From IMG/VR virus record IMGVR_UViG_3300032224_001305, positions 1-64,000 of that record: a DNA stretch of 64,000 nt, one strand, 5' to 3'. Position 1 is the stretch's first letter. The number at the start of each line of letters is the position of its first letter. Under the pieces are notes generated by a model. The model saw only the letters and a program-made list of their open reading frames with translations. It had not been told where the DNA came from and searched no databases. Source of the stretch: a virus. Shown piece after piece: positions 10,218-19,941 of this stretch. Both the position numbers and the translations under genes were made by a program.

Positions 10218-11186
10218 ATGAACCTAGTAGACTACATTATGTCCAAGAAAAGCGCCGGTGGCGCAAACTCTGTCGAGCTTCAGTCAATTGGTAAGGCTGC
10301 GGCAAAGGCGTATGTAGAGAACGGCACGCCACTAAATGATACAGTTTCTGAGATGGCGAAAGAGGCCGGACTAAACTACGAGCAGATAAAGCGCGCAGCA
10401 GAGTTTGCTAACAACGAAACGTTCCTTATCAAGTTTCGACAGCCGTACGAGAAGAACGTCGCATTTCCTGTAGCAGACGCCTCAGTTATCTCGCGTAATA
10501 TTCATAGTGATGCCGTTCCGGTGCAAGAAAAGACAGCTTCTAGAGCATGGACTGGCTCTGCATCCAATCGGTATGTACCGGGTGGCGAGGGATTCAGTCT
10601 AGAGAAGATGCTAGGGGTAAAGCCGCTGGAGAAGCGGGCTTCTACAGGCCCGTCTAGAAACGAGGTCATACGTAGCTTCTTGTCGCATAAAGATAAGTTA
10701 GCTGAATTAAAAGCCGAAACTGAAGTACTAGAGGCGCGCTTCCTAGCTAAGGTCGCGCGGCTAAATAGAGAAGTGCATCAAGAAATTGTCAGCGGAACAG
10801 AGCCGTGGGCCATTGGCGCTGCCGTAGTTAAGGCTAATCCTTCTGCTGGTTTATTTTCGATAATAGCCTCTGAGCTACGCGGATCTATGGATACATCGTC
10901 TATGCACAAGATGGCCGCTGGCTACGAACTGATAGACGATAATCCGGTCACCGGACTGGTCCAAGACCTAGAGGCAGTATCTCAGAAGTTGTTATCCAAC
11001 GAGGACACTTCACAGAGAACACGCGCTGCCATAGAAGAGATGCTAACGTTATTGCGTGGCCAGCCAGATACCAACCCGACTGTAGAGTTGTTCTCAGGTG
11101 CTCCCATAGACACCACAGAACAGGTTCCTTCAGTGCCTCAACCAGCTCCTGAAGGACCGGGCGCATCGCAACCTATGCCACAATAG
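10218..11186 (+). CDS. Putative prohead core/inner-head protein
   Basis: Lies between terminase and protease; EKTAS, EKRAS, KMAA motifs; coiled coil; GGAGG RBS. Confidence 0.5.
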   Translation: MNLVDYIMSKKSAGGANSVELQSIGKAAAKAYVENGTPLNDTVSEMAKEAGLNYEQIKRAAEFANNETFLIKFRQPYEKNVAFPVADASVISRNIHSDAVPVQEKTASRAWTGSASNRYVPGGEGFSLEKMLGVKPLEKRASTGPSRNEVIRSFLSHKDKLAELKAETEVLEARFLAKVARLNREVHQEIVSGTEPWAIGAAVVKANPSAGLFSIIASELRGSMDTSSMHKMAAGYELIDDNPVTGLVQDLEAVSQKLLSNEDTSQRTRAAIEEMLTLLRGQPDTNPTVELFSGAPIDTTEQVPSVPQPAPEGPGASQPMPQ

Positions 11187-11196
11187 TGAGGTAGCT

Positions 11197-11685
11197 GTGT
11201 CTCGCAGAGATACGCTAGTAAAAATAGCTTTTCTAACCGGTGGTACCAAAAGCATATCACTAGGTGCTAAAGCTATTAAGGGTATAGACACGCTGCTAGA
11301 ACTACCGGGACGCGGCCTGTTCGCAGCATCCGCTCCCATTGTAGGCGGAGTAGCGGCTGCTCCGGTCAAGGTTGGTAAAGGACTGGGCAGAAGTGCAATT
11401 GCCTTCGCAAAGAAACATCCATTTCTAGCGGCAACCGCAGCGGCACCGGTTCTATTCCCGGGCCCCATAACTGAGTTGCTGTCACCACAAGCCCTAGCTA
11501 AGGTGGCTGTAGAGCCTCTAGCTCCTAGCGCGCTTATAAAACCCACTGCAGAGTTTGAGCGCTCTTTGGCTAGAGACGCAGCGCAGTCGCAACAAAATCT
11601 TCCTATCTTCGCCAGAATGCAAGATCCAAGATTTCCCGCCACTAGTAAGTACCAGTGGGGTTTAAGAGAAAGAGCCGCCGGCTGA
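11197..11685 (+). CDS. Putative inner-head protein with N-terminal RxxL[LVI]KxA motif
   Basis: GTG start after GAGG; MSRRDTLVKIAF; Ala/Gly-rich hydrophobic segments. Confidence 0.5.
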   Translation: MSRRDTLVKIAFLTGGTKSISLGAKAIKGIDTLLELPGRGLFAASAPIVGGVAAAPVKVGKGLGRSAIAFAKKHPFLAATAAAPVLFPGPITELLSPQALAKVAVEPLAPSALIKPTAEFERSLARDAAQSQQNLPIFARMQDPRFPATSKYQWGLRERAAG

Positions 11686-11734
11686 TAGTGACAACCGCCC
11701 AAAACAGTAACTAGCAAACACAGAGGTACGTACA

Positions 11735-12319
11735 ATGAGCAAGTCAGTTAGAGAAAGACTCCTAAAGACCGCCTCCCCAGGAGCCATAGGAAGATTTGCT
11801 AGCGCACACGGCGGAGATATAGCCAAGTCGCTCATATTGTCTGGGCTCGGCGGCGCAGGTGCCTTAGCGATGAAGCGGTTGACCAAGCCCACACTATCAT
11901 CTCAAGTTAGACTCGGCATGGGCCGCGCTCTTGGGTTTGGTCTAGGTGGTCTAGCTCTCGGTACCGGCGTAATGGCCGCATCAAAGGGATATGAGGCCGT
12001 AAAGAATCCCATCGAGCGCAAGCACAGCTTCGACAAGATGTTGGCCGAAAACCCCGGTCTAAAGAGAGAAGACAAGGACGTCGTGCGTAAGAGCTTTGCT
12101 ACGCTACATACGTTCAACCCTATGATGGCAAAAGATCCGACAGTCGCCGGTGCGTTTGTACGCAGAGCCCTTGCTTTCAAGGATGAGGGCATACAAAGCG
12201 CTGACGTAAAGACACTGTCAGAAATAAGAAAGAACCTAAGCTACTCAGGTAAGCGCCGTGATGTTGGCTTCTTAGAGATGGCAAAAAATCTGCAGTCTAT
12301 GAGCCACGAAAACGATTAA
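11735..12319 (+). CDS. Putative inner-head protein with N-terminal RxxL[LVI]KxA motif
   Basis: MSKSVRERLLKTAS; two glycine-rich hydrophobic helices. Confidence 0.55.
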   Translation: MSKSVRERLLKTASPGAIGRFASAHGGDIAKSLILSGLGGAGALAMKRLTKPTLSSQVRLGMGRALGFGLGGLALGTGVMAASKGYEAVKNPIERKHSFDKMLAENPGLKREDKDVVRKSFATLHTFNPMMAKDPTVAGAFVRRALAFKDEGIQSADVKTLSEIRKNLSYSGKRRDVGFLEMAKNLQSMSHEND

Positions 12320-12359
12320 TAGCTGAAGTTACGCGGGTCATCACAGCCGAGGTACTATC

Positions 12360-13961
12360 ATGTATAAGCTTATAACAGTGAGTGGAAGTGATGACTCGCG
12401 TTTATTCTCAGAAATAATACGCCCAGGCGCACCCTTAGTTAAAGAAGCTTCTGTGGTACACCCAGATGTACAAAAGTGCATCAGTGGCCTGAAGTCAACT
12501 CCCGGTAAGATCTACATACTTGTAAATGCTATGGGTGCTGGCGAGTACTATGGTTCCAACTTCAATGGTGACTTCTTCGAGGAGAAAGAGCTTAATCCTC
12601 CTGATGGTACGTCTGAGTATGGATACAAGACCTTCCTCAATTCTGGCGTCTACAGAAACCACAGCAATAAGGATGTAACTAAGTCCTATGGCAAGGTTAT
12701 ATGTTCAGCCTATAACCTCGTAATGCACCGAGTTGAGCTCGTAATAGAGATCGATGAAAAGAAGTGCAAGGAAGTTGGGCATGCTGATCTGTGGGATAGG
12801 CTTAGTTCTGGAGAAAAGCCCGCAGTTAGTATGGGATGTAAAGTAGCATATGACGTGTGTTCCATCTGTGGGCACAAATCAGCCACTAGACAGGACTATT
12901 GTGAACATGCCAGAGACCAACTAAGCCAAGTGCTGCCTGACGGTCGTAAGGTGTTTGTCTACAACCCTAAGCCAAAATTCTTTGACCTATCTATAGTAGT
13001 GATAGGCGCGGATAGGGCAAGTTTTGTGATGGACAAAGTCGCCCACGCAAGATTTGGTATCCCTTCTTCTGCAGAACTGGCTGAAGACGTTAACCTAACT
13101 GCCGCATCAGATATTCTCAAATCTAGAATGAAGCTGGCAGCCAAAGGTAAAAGCGCAGAGATTCTAAAGCGTGTAAGAGCGACTTCTGCCCGTGTAGTAG
13201 ACCCTGGTGAGAAAGAAGTAGACATACCAGATGAGACTCTAGACGAAATGTCTGAGTCCGGTGATCTTGGTAAAATACTTACTACCGCGTCATCGGCAGG
13301 TATAGTACTTAAGCCCTCTGAATTTCAACGTATTGTACTGAACATAGTCGGTAAGCCTAGCCTTGCGCGACAATACTCAGACAGCGGTTGTTGTTTCTGT
13401 AATAGCAATGATACAGACGAGAGTGTAGAGTTTGGCGACCCATCCATGTTCTCACATAACATAATGTCTGCGCTAATGCCTATGCTACAAGAGCGCTCAG
13501 CTTTTGAACCTGTTGTATCACGCAGAATAATCATCATAAAAACGGCTAGGGCTAAGAAGCCCTTACGTAAGATTAAGACACCACTTCTAGATAAGGTGGC
13601 TGCCGCTTACAATGGGTACAGAAAACAGCTACTAGAAAAAATTGGTACTATAGTTGCCAATATTACTGAACGCGAGTTAAACTTACTGGCGACGGTTCGC
13701 GGTGAACTGCTCGAAGATAGTCTGGTGAGAAGAAACCTTGGAGTAAAAACAGCTTCAGCGGCTGTTCCATTGGCCCTTCTTGGCGCTATTCCACTAGCCT
13801 ATATTTATGGTGCCCACTCGGGCTCCGATGAGCAGGAGAAAGCGGCCGACAGCATCATAGCTAAGCATCCAGTGCTTGCTATGTCTGTCTTAGCGGGCTT
13901 GGCCAAGATAGCGGACAAAGAGCTTGTCCAGTCTGGCCTACTTAATAAAATGCTCCGCTAA
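12360..13961 (+). CDS. Putative prohead (capsid maturation) protease with C-terminal extension
   Basis: NxNGDxF, YRNH, VSMGC, CSICG...YCEH, FFDLSIV..GAD pattern seen in large-phage prohead proteases; located upstream of scaffold and capsid genes. Confidence 0.75.
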   Translation: MYKLITVSGSDDSRLFSEIIRPGAPLVKEASVVHPDVQKCISGLKSTPGKIYILVNAMGAGEYYGSNFNGDFFEEKELNPPDGTSEYGYKTFLNSGVYRNHSNKDVTKSYGKVICSAYNLVMHRVELVIEIDEKKCKEVGHADLWDRLSSGEKPAVSMGCKVAYDVCSICGHKSATRQDYCEHARDQLSQVLPDGRKVFVYNPKPKFFDLSIVVIGADRASFVMDKVAHARFGIPSSAELAEDVNLTAASDILKSRMKLAAKGKSAEILKRVRATSARVVDPGEKEVDIPDETLDEMSESGDLGKILTTASSAGIVLKPSEFQRIVLNIVGKPSLARQYSDSGCCFCNSNDTDESVEFGDPSMFSHNIMSALMPMLQERSAFEPVVSRRIIIIKTARAKKPLRKIKTPLLDKVAAAYNGYRKQLLEKIGTIVANITERELNLLATVRGELLEDSLVRRNLGVKTASAAVPLALLGAIPLAYIYGAHSGSDEQEKAADSIIAKHPVLAMSVLAGLAKIADKELVQSGLLNKMLR

Positions 13962-14055
13962 GTAGTGGAGACAAGGCCCGTAGAGCGATAGTTAGAACCC
14001 GAATACGGTTTGATGACACTCTTGCTCAGCAAACAACAAGCACTTGGAGAACACA

Positions 14056-14652
14056 ATGAACGAGCTACTTGCACAGCTGTATGGAACACATGAGAAGATT
14101 GCCAGCGCCGCCCAGGTTCAGGAGACTGTTGAGACAGTTTCGGACGAGGAAGCGTTGGACGAGTACATCGTTGCTGAGATCGAGAAGGTAGCCGAGGCGC
14201 AGGGTGTTGACCTGAACGCGCTGTCGGACGAGGACCTGGGCGAGATCTTCGCGGCATACAAGGGCGAGCTACTGAAGGAGGCTTCGGCTGACTTCGGCGG
14301 TGAGGAAATTGATGACGCCACGCAAGAGGCGCTGTCGGTTGGCGACCTGATCGGCCGCACAGCCCTGCACGCGTTCTACGACGAGGCCAACAAGGTTCAG
14401 GCTGTTGCTGAGACGCATGAGAAGCTGGCGGGTCTGTCGGACGAGGAAATCTTCGAAGGTCTGGCCATGCAGCGCGCCGAGAACATCTTGGCAGCTCTGG
14501 CCGGTGAGCCGGAAGGCTTCTTCAAGGAGGCCGCGCTAGCTCTTGACGCCGAGGACGAGGATCTGGACGACGCCATCACGTCGGCCGCAGCCGATATCCT
14601 GGACGCCAATGGCTACGACGTCGACGCCATCGCGGCGGCTCTCGTAGGTTAA
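14056..14652 (+). CDS. Acidic scaffold-like protein
   Basis: ATG at 14056 after GGAG; very Asp/Glu/Ala-rich and helical; EKIAS, EKVAE, KEAS, EKLAG, KEAA; GC-ending codons like the capsid gene. Confidence 0.65.
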   Translation: MNELLAQLYGTHEKIASAAQVQETVETVSDEEALDEYIVAEIEKVAEAQGVDLNALSDEDLGEIFAAYKGELLKEASADFGGEEIDDATQEALSVGDLIGRTALHAFYDEANKVQAVAETHEKLAGLSDEEIFEGLAMQRAENILAALAGEPEGFFKEAALALDAEDEDLDDAITSAAADILDANGYDVDAIAAALVG

Positions 14653-14660
14653 TAAGCATT

Positions 14661-14707
14661 GGAGACTGTGGGTAAGAAGGAGCGATTCTTTCTTACCCAC
14701 AGTTTCC
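14661..14707 (+). terminator. Long stem-loop after scaffold gene (terminator or mRNA stabiliser)
   Basis: GGAGACTGTGGGTAAGAA ... TTCTTACCCACAGTTTCC. Confidence 0.65.
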
Positions 14708-14739
14708 GTGTATATTCGTTGTATACGGTGGAGCATTAA

Positions 14740-15390
14740 ATGAGCGCGCTTCAAAAACTACTAGCAGCCAAAAAAGCACAAACCACTGAGAAAGTGGCAG
14801 CAGCTATTGAGCCTGAGTACATCACGAAGCTAGCTTCTGCGTGCGAGTACGCCGCGCAAGTTATTAGCGGTAAATATATTGCCGATTCAGAACAAAAAGT
14901 AGAGCACACCTATACTCAAAAGACGCCTGTTGCTGAGAAGCTCGCTAGCGTTGCTAAGCCGGATTTCCTGACCGACAAGCTGCGTGAGAAGGTTGCTTTT
15001 CATCAAGAGCAAGAGCAGAAAGCTTACGTAGAAGATACGCGCAATATTGTCGCTAATATTATTTCGCGCTTTGCCAAAAACGACGGTGTTGAATACACCA
15101 GTCGAGAAAAGAATCATATAGAGGTAGACACTCCGTCAGCGCTTGTAGTAGCTGAGGAGACTTCCTCTAACCCAGAGATGGGTAACAGTTCAGTTGATGT
15201 TGTAGCAGCTACGGCTGGTACTCGTCTTTCTGATGTGCTGGCAGCAGCACAATCTGCCAATGGAGCCGGTGAGAGTGCGACAATAGTAGGCACGAAGACC
15301 GCAGGTGCCCAGGGCAAAGGGCCAATGGCCGTTGGGGCAGCTACGAACCGGATAAAGGCTCGTTTGATGTCACAAGCTGGCGGTAAATAA
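14740..15390 (+). CDS. Putative prohead core/scaffold protein
   Basis: EKVAA, KLAS, EKLAS, EKVAF, KTAG motifs; head-module position. Confidence 0.55.
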   Translation: MSALQKLLAAKKAQTTEKVAAAIEPEYITKLASACEYAAQVISGKYIADSEQKVEHTYTQKTPVAEKLASVAKPDFLTDKLREKVAFHQEQEQKAYVEDTRNIVANIISRFAKNDGVEYTSREKNHIEVDTPSALVVAEETSSNPEMGNSSVDVVAATAGTRLSDVLAAAQSANGAGESATIVGTKTAGAQGKGPMAVGAATNRIKARLMSQAGGK

Positions 15391-15408
15391 GTAACCGTGG
15401 AGTAAACA

Positions 15409-15750
15409 ATGGATACAGCAACACTCCAAAGACTTCTGACAGACGCGGCGAATACAATTCGTTCGTTACACGCAGAAAAGGAGAAGTTAGCCAGTGCGTT
15501 GGCTAACTATCAACGTAAGGAGCTCGCTGAGGAGATTGTCGACCTCATGGATGCGCGCGGAATGGGCAACGAAGAGGTCCCGCACAAAGAGAAAGTGGCG
15601 CATGTGCTTTCTTCAGGCAAAGACCTCACAGTTACCCGCGAAGCTCTACGCATGGCTTCTACCGACATGTCCTTCGCTCGGGTGGCTGATGAAGCCGACC
15701 TGACACACGCCACAGCTTCGGACAAGCTGAAAGCGTTCCTACTATCGTAG
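15409..15750 (+). CDS. Small coiled-coil scaffold-like protein
   Basis: EKLAS, EKVAH; lies just upstream of decoration and capsid genes. Confidence 0.55.
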   Translation: MDTATLQRLLTDAANTIRSLHAEKEKLASALANYQRKELAEEIVDLMDARGMGNEEVPHKEKVAHVLSSGKDLTVTREALRMASTDMSFARVADEADLTHATASDKLKAFLLS

Positions 15751-15765
15751 TAACAGAGGTTCAAA

Positions 15766-16374
15766 ATGGCAGATACAAAAATCGGTGATATAAAGTACAA
15801 TACAAAGGGCATCAACTGCTCGCCTACTTCGAGCTTCCTCTACACCAGAATAGAGGATGTTGATTACTCGGCAGTAGCGATCACGGACGGCAGCGGTCCC
15901 CTAGACGGACAGTTCATCGTCGCCCCTGCATCAACTGGCACCAGCGGTTGGGTAACTGACCTGGATGCGACAAACCTGAAGTTCCAGTCAGACACCCTGA
16001 CGGACTTGGCAGAGGCGCAGGGAACAGGTCTAGCCATGGTATGGCAGAGCCAGTTCAAGACGGACCAGGACGCTCTCGGCAGCGCCAAGGTTCCAGTTGT
16101 TCGTGGATCGCTCCGCGTCAAGACCAAGCTGTTCGGTAAGCCGACCGCCGTTGCCATCGCTACGGCGTACGCTGCGGGCACACAGCTCACCGTACAAATG
16201 GTAGACGTTACTGTCGTAAGCGGTACCTACAAGCGCTTGGTACTGTTCCCGGTAAGCAAGAAGACCGCGTGGGTTGTAGGCTTCGTAACTCAGGTTGTTA
16301 GCGACGTTGCGGGCTCAGAGGAGATCGAGGTTCAGCTGTACGAGTTCCCTCGTCAGGTTTCTCTGAACGCCTAA
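15766..16374 (+). CDS. Putative head decoration/cement protein
   Basis: Beta-rich 202-aa protein directly upstream of the major capsid gene; capsid-like codon bias. Confidence 0.55.
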   Translation: MADTKIGDIKYNTKGINCSPTSSFLYTRIEDVDYSAVAITDGSGPLDGQFIVAPASTGTSGWVTDLDATNLKFQSDTLTDLAEAQGTGLAMVWQSQFKTDQDALGSAKVPVVRGSLRVKTKLFGKPTAVAIATAYAAGTQLTVQMVDVTVVSGTYKRLVLFPVSKKTAWVVGFVTQVVSDVAGSEEIEVQLYEFPRQVSLNA

Positions 16375-16424
16375 TTTACTTTAGCTAACTGACTAGTTCG
16401 GAATACCCGTAAAGGAGAAATACC

Positions 16425-17612
16425 ATGAGTGACGGAGCACTGCAGAATGAGATGTTCATCGATAAGATGAACACAGAAGACGGTCGTACAAAGCTAGCTG
16501 GTCTGAGCGCCGAGCTGCTGAAAGACCGCATCCGCGAAGAAGGCTTTCTGGGCATGATCCTGACCCGCAAGCCGGTGTCACGCCAAGACCTACAGGTCTC
16601 GACCAAGCACCAGGGCATGGTCAAGATTGTTCAGATGACCGATCTGCGCACAGGTGCGATGACAGCGTCGTTCCGCGCCCAGCCGGAAGTTTCGTACTTC
16701 TCGGCCCCGCGTTTCGAGGTTCCTTTCTACCGCATCAACTCGAAGCGCTATGAGTACGAGGAGATCGAACTGAAGTCGTACGACTTCCCGATCACCGACG
16801 TAGTCATGCAGCACATCAGCAACGACGTCCAGGAGATCGAAGATCGCCAGGGCCTGTTGCTGTTCGAGACGGCGGTTCAGGCTGTTCAGAAGAAGGCCAA
16901 TAACATCGCCCTGTCGACAGCGTCGTTCGGTGACACCACCGCTTGCACAGCTTACAACGTACTCAACAAGACCTGTGTTGAGCGCGGTAAGTGCAAGAGC
17001 AACGACGTCGTCGCCAACAGCGCGGCGGCCGGTGCGGCTGCATCTCAGGATGAGAACCTCATCTACCCGCTACAGAAGGACGACATCACCAAGCTGCAGA
17101 AGCTGTTCATCGGCACCGGTGGACAGGGTTCGCGTCTGCGTGCTGAGAAGCTCCTGATGACCGACTACGATCATCTCGACTTCAACAACTGGGTGTTGTC
17201 GGACGTAGGCGACAAGATCGTCATGGAGACAACCGTTGACGGCTACAAGTACAAGCAGGTCCAGGGTCTGAAGTTCTTCAAGACCCTGAAGACCGACATC
17301 CTGCGTCCCGGTAACCTCTACGCGTTCGCGCCAGAGGAGTACTTGGGCGGCTTCCTGCAGTTCGGCAAGCTGACGTTCTTCACGGACAAGATCCGTGACC
17401 GTTACTCGTTCGAGGCGTGGGAGGACATCGGTCTGTACGTCGGTAACGTCGCTGGCGTTCGTAAGTTGGAGCTGTACGCTTGCTCGGTCGATGCCGGCAA
17501 GGTCGGCTCAACAAACGGCGCGAACTACCAGCCCGTTGCAGAGAAGGACCTGTCGACGCTCAACAACCTCATCTCAGAGGGTGGCGCTTACCCGCAGGTA
17601 ACCACTTTCTAA
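16425..17612 (+). CDS. Major capsid protein
   Basis: 395 aa, AAAGGAG RBS, strongest C/G-ending codon bias in the window, follows protease and scaffold, followed by a long hairpin. Confidence 0.8.
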   Translation: MSDGALQNEMFIDKMNTEDGRTKLAGLSAELLKDRIREEGFLGMILTRKPVSRQDLQVSTKHQGMVKIVQMTDLRTGAMTASFRAQPEVSYFSAPRFEVPFYRINSKRYEYEEIELKSYDFPITDVVMQHISNDVQEIEDRQGLLLFETAVQAVQKKANNIALSTASFGDTTACTAYNVLNKTCVERGKCKSNDVVANSAAAGAAASQDENLIYPLQKDDITKLQKLFIGTGGQGSRLRAEKLLMTDYDHLDFNNWVLSDVGDKIVMETTVDGYKYKQVQGLKFFKTLKTDILRPGNLYAFAPEEYLGGFLQFGKLTFFTDKIRDRYSFEAWEDIGLYVGNVAGVRKLELYACSVDAGKVGSTNGANYQPVAEKDLSTLNNLISEGGAYPQVTTF

Positions 17613-17632
17613 GAAAAAGTTGTTCGTGTAAG

Positions 17633-17683
17633 GTTGAGGCCGATTGGTTTTCCTGTAAACTCAGGGCGCCAGTCGGCCTCAAC
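17633..17683 (+). terminator. 15-bp stem-loop after major capsid gene
   Basis: GTTGAGGCCGATTGG ... CCAGTCGGCCTCAAC. Confidence 0.7.
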
Positions 17684-17700
17684 TATTAGGAGCTAATAAA

Positions 17701-18213
17701 ATGCCGTATCAGATTTCTAATCTAATTATGACCTGCCACGATCCACTTAAGCGCGGTAACAAGCCTTTCTTAGCGCGCCGTCCCATAACTGTTGGCCAGA
17801 GAATTATCCGCCCTGGTGAGACAATTACCATTGGTGACCATATTTATGGCCAGGTAAAAAGCAAACTGGAAGTGTACGTCAATCTTGGTCTTATCAAGAT
17901 AAACCGTCTTCCGTCTACTGTTACTCCTGTGTCAGAGCCAAGCCTACTAGAGGATCGTGCCGAAATGGTCTCTGTATCTGATGTAGTATTATTAGTTGAT
18001 CCTCCTACTGAAGATGTAATTAAGATTTCAACTGCGGACAATATTGTTGATAATGTCGAGAGCGCCGCTCCAGAAGCCGTGATTGCTTCTTCTGAGGAGA
18101 CACCGGAACAGGCCGAAGTCCCCGCTAGCACTGAAACTACTGATGTAGCTGTAGTCGACGAGCCAGCAGCAGAAGAAGTAAAGACGGTGAAGAGACGTCG
18201 TACAACGGTGTAA
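17701..18213 (+). CDS. Hypothetical head-module protein with acidic low-complexity tail
   Basis: AGGAG RBS; lies between capsid and adaptor genes. Confidence 0.65.
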   Translation: MPYQISNLIMTCHDPLKRGNKPFLARRPITVGQRIIRPGETITIGDHIYGQVKSKLEVYVNLGLIKINRLPSTVTPVSEPSLLEDRAEMVSVSDVVLLVDPPTEDVIKISTADNIVDNVESAAPEAVIASSEETPEQAEVPASTETTDVAVVDEPAAEEVKTVKRRRTTV

Positions 18214-18214
18214 A

Positions 18215-18727
18215 ATGGACAGTCCTACGCTAGACAACTCAGTTAATTCCGCGTTAATAAAATCTGTCCAAGCCTACATAGCTCTAGTCCGTGCCAAAAT
18301 GCGTGACTATCCAGAGTTAAATAGACTTACGGACGGTGTAGAGTCTAGCGATAGAAATATAGCCACAGCGCTGTTACTTGCGCTAGATGACTATAACAAT
18401 ACTCCTCCGCTGATTAACGCCGCATCACTAGCGGAGTTCCCTAGCGTTGATCTGCTAGTACGCGGGGCCATTATTCAGCTTATTGAGTCTCTGGGTTTAT
18501 TACAGACTAGAAATCGTCTGCCTTATGCAGACGGGCAGATACAAATACAGACTGAACAACCACAGCTGTACATGCAGTGGTGGAACATGTTTAAGACCGA
18601 TTACGAAAATAAGAAGTTCAGACTAAAGCAGTCCATAAATCTTCGAGACGCTTTAGGATATCAAGTGGGCATGAGCACAGAGTACCTACTGATAAACGGC
18701 TTCTTTGATACACTAGATAAGCGCTAG
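18215..18727 (+). CDS. Putative head-tail adaptor (neck) protein
   Basis: 170-aa helical protein in canonical post-capsid position. Confidence 0.55.
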   Translation: MDSPTLDNSVNSALIKSVQAYIALVRAKMRDYPELNRLTDGVESSDRNIATALLLALDDYNNTPPLINAASLAEFPSVDLLVRGAIIQLIESLGLLQTRNRLPYADGQIQIQTEQPQLYMQWWNMFKTDYENKKFRLKQSINLRDALGYQVGMSTEYLLINGFFDTLDKR

Positions 18728-18735
18728 GAGGACTC

Positions 18736-19104
18736 ATGTCTATTTCAATTGCTCCAGTAAAAAGAAACGTAGCCTCCTATACTGGCGGCAGCGCTACACT
18801 AACTATAGGTATAGACGACTCATCGTATTATACACGCTTTGTGTTTCAGGTTAAGGGCTTTACCGCAGGCGTGAAGTTGTCAGTTCATGGTAGCGTAAAT
18901 GGGCAAGACTGGGCTCCATTAGATTCTACCAGCACTTTTTTGGCTTCAAGTTATACAGTATCTACCGCTAATACTGTCATTATCTTAGACACGTATGCTC
19001 CTCTACCGGGCGGCCTACGTTTTGTTTTAGATGGTGTTAGCGCCGCTAGCGGAACCATCCATACTTGTATGACAGCAAGCCCCTATAACACCAACCGAGC
19101 ATAA
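18736..19104 (+). CDS. Small beta-sandwich virion protein
   Basis: Alternating beta pattern, GSVNGQDW motif; AGGAGG RBS. Confidence 0.5.
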   Translation: MSISIAPVKRNVASYTGGSATLTIGIDDSSYYTRFVFQVKGFTAGVKLSVHGSVNGQDWAPLDSTSTFLASSYTVSTANTVIILDTYAPLPGGLRFVLDGVSAASGTIHTCMTASPYNTNRA

Positions 19105-19113
19105 GGTAGCACC

Positions 19114-19941
19114 ATGAGCTTGACTGATTTCATCACAGAGACCTCAAAGAAAAATGAGGCCGCTCGTATAGTGAACGGTATGGCTTTTCTTACTGAGCTT
19201 AAGAAGACTGCTGCTACCTACGTTCCTCCGCAGAAGGATGAGAGCTACACGCCGTCCCCGGCCAGTTCTCTCAATACCGACGTGGGAGCACGGCAGCAGT
19301 TTACATCTGTTTCGTCTCAGAAAGGTGTAGCCGCTCGTGGTGTTGGTATACGTGGTGGTTCTGCGGGTGCTGGTAGAATTAAGAAAGCGACCATCGATAA
19401 GCAGGCATTCATAGACGCGCTATTTCAAGGATTAAAATCGGACGTTAAAGGTCTGTCGGCTGCTGCAGAAGGATACAGAGAGGGACTCAGCCAGTTCCGC
19501 GCAGGTGGTGCTGCAAAGCCTGACTTAGGTTCAGCCTTCGATAGAGCTAAGGCTTTCATAACTAGAAAGCCGACTAGAGAGCAAGCAGCCTACGCCAAGG
19601 GACCGGACTACTACAACGCGTTTATACGTGCAAAGAATCTTCAGAAGGGCACCGGTGCAGCAGACGTCTTGGACGAAATAAATATGTCTATGCGTAACCC
19701 ACAAGGTAACCTAACGCCTATGTCAGTCACACGCGGTGCTTTAGAGACAGGACTAATAACTCCTGCGTCTTTAAAGAACATTGCTAATAAGGCCAAAGAC
19801 TATGCTACTGGAGCATCTAGAGAAGCCGAGGCTGCAGAGAAAACCAAGAAACTTCTTCAAGGTGCCGGTCTGATAGGCGGTGGTGCTCTGGCTGGCGGTT
19901 TACTAGCTAAGAACATGTCGTCTAAGAACAGAAATGCTTAA
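19114..19941 (+). CDS. Putative inner-head protein
   Basis: KKTAA, KKAT, DKQAF motifs; C-terminal glycine zipper GAGLIGGGALAGGLL. Confidence 0.5.
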   Translation: MSLTDFITETSKKNEAARIVNGMAFLTELKKTAATYVPPQKDESYTPSPASSLNTDVGARQQFTSVSSQKGVAARGVGIRGGSAGAGRIKKATIDKQAFIDALFQGLKSDVKGLSAAAEGYREGLSQFRAGGAAKPDLGSAFDRAKAFITRKPTREQAAYAKGPDYYNAFIRAKNLQKGTGAADVLDEINMSMRNPQGNLTPMSVTRGALETGLITPASLKNIANKAKDYATGASREAEAAEKTKKLLQGAGLIGGGALAGGLLAKNMSSKNRNA

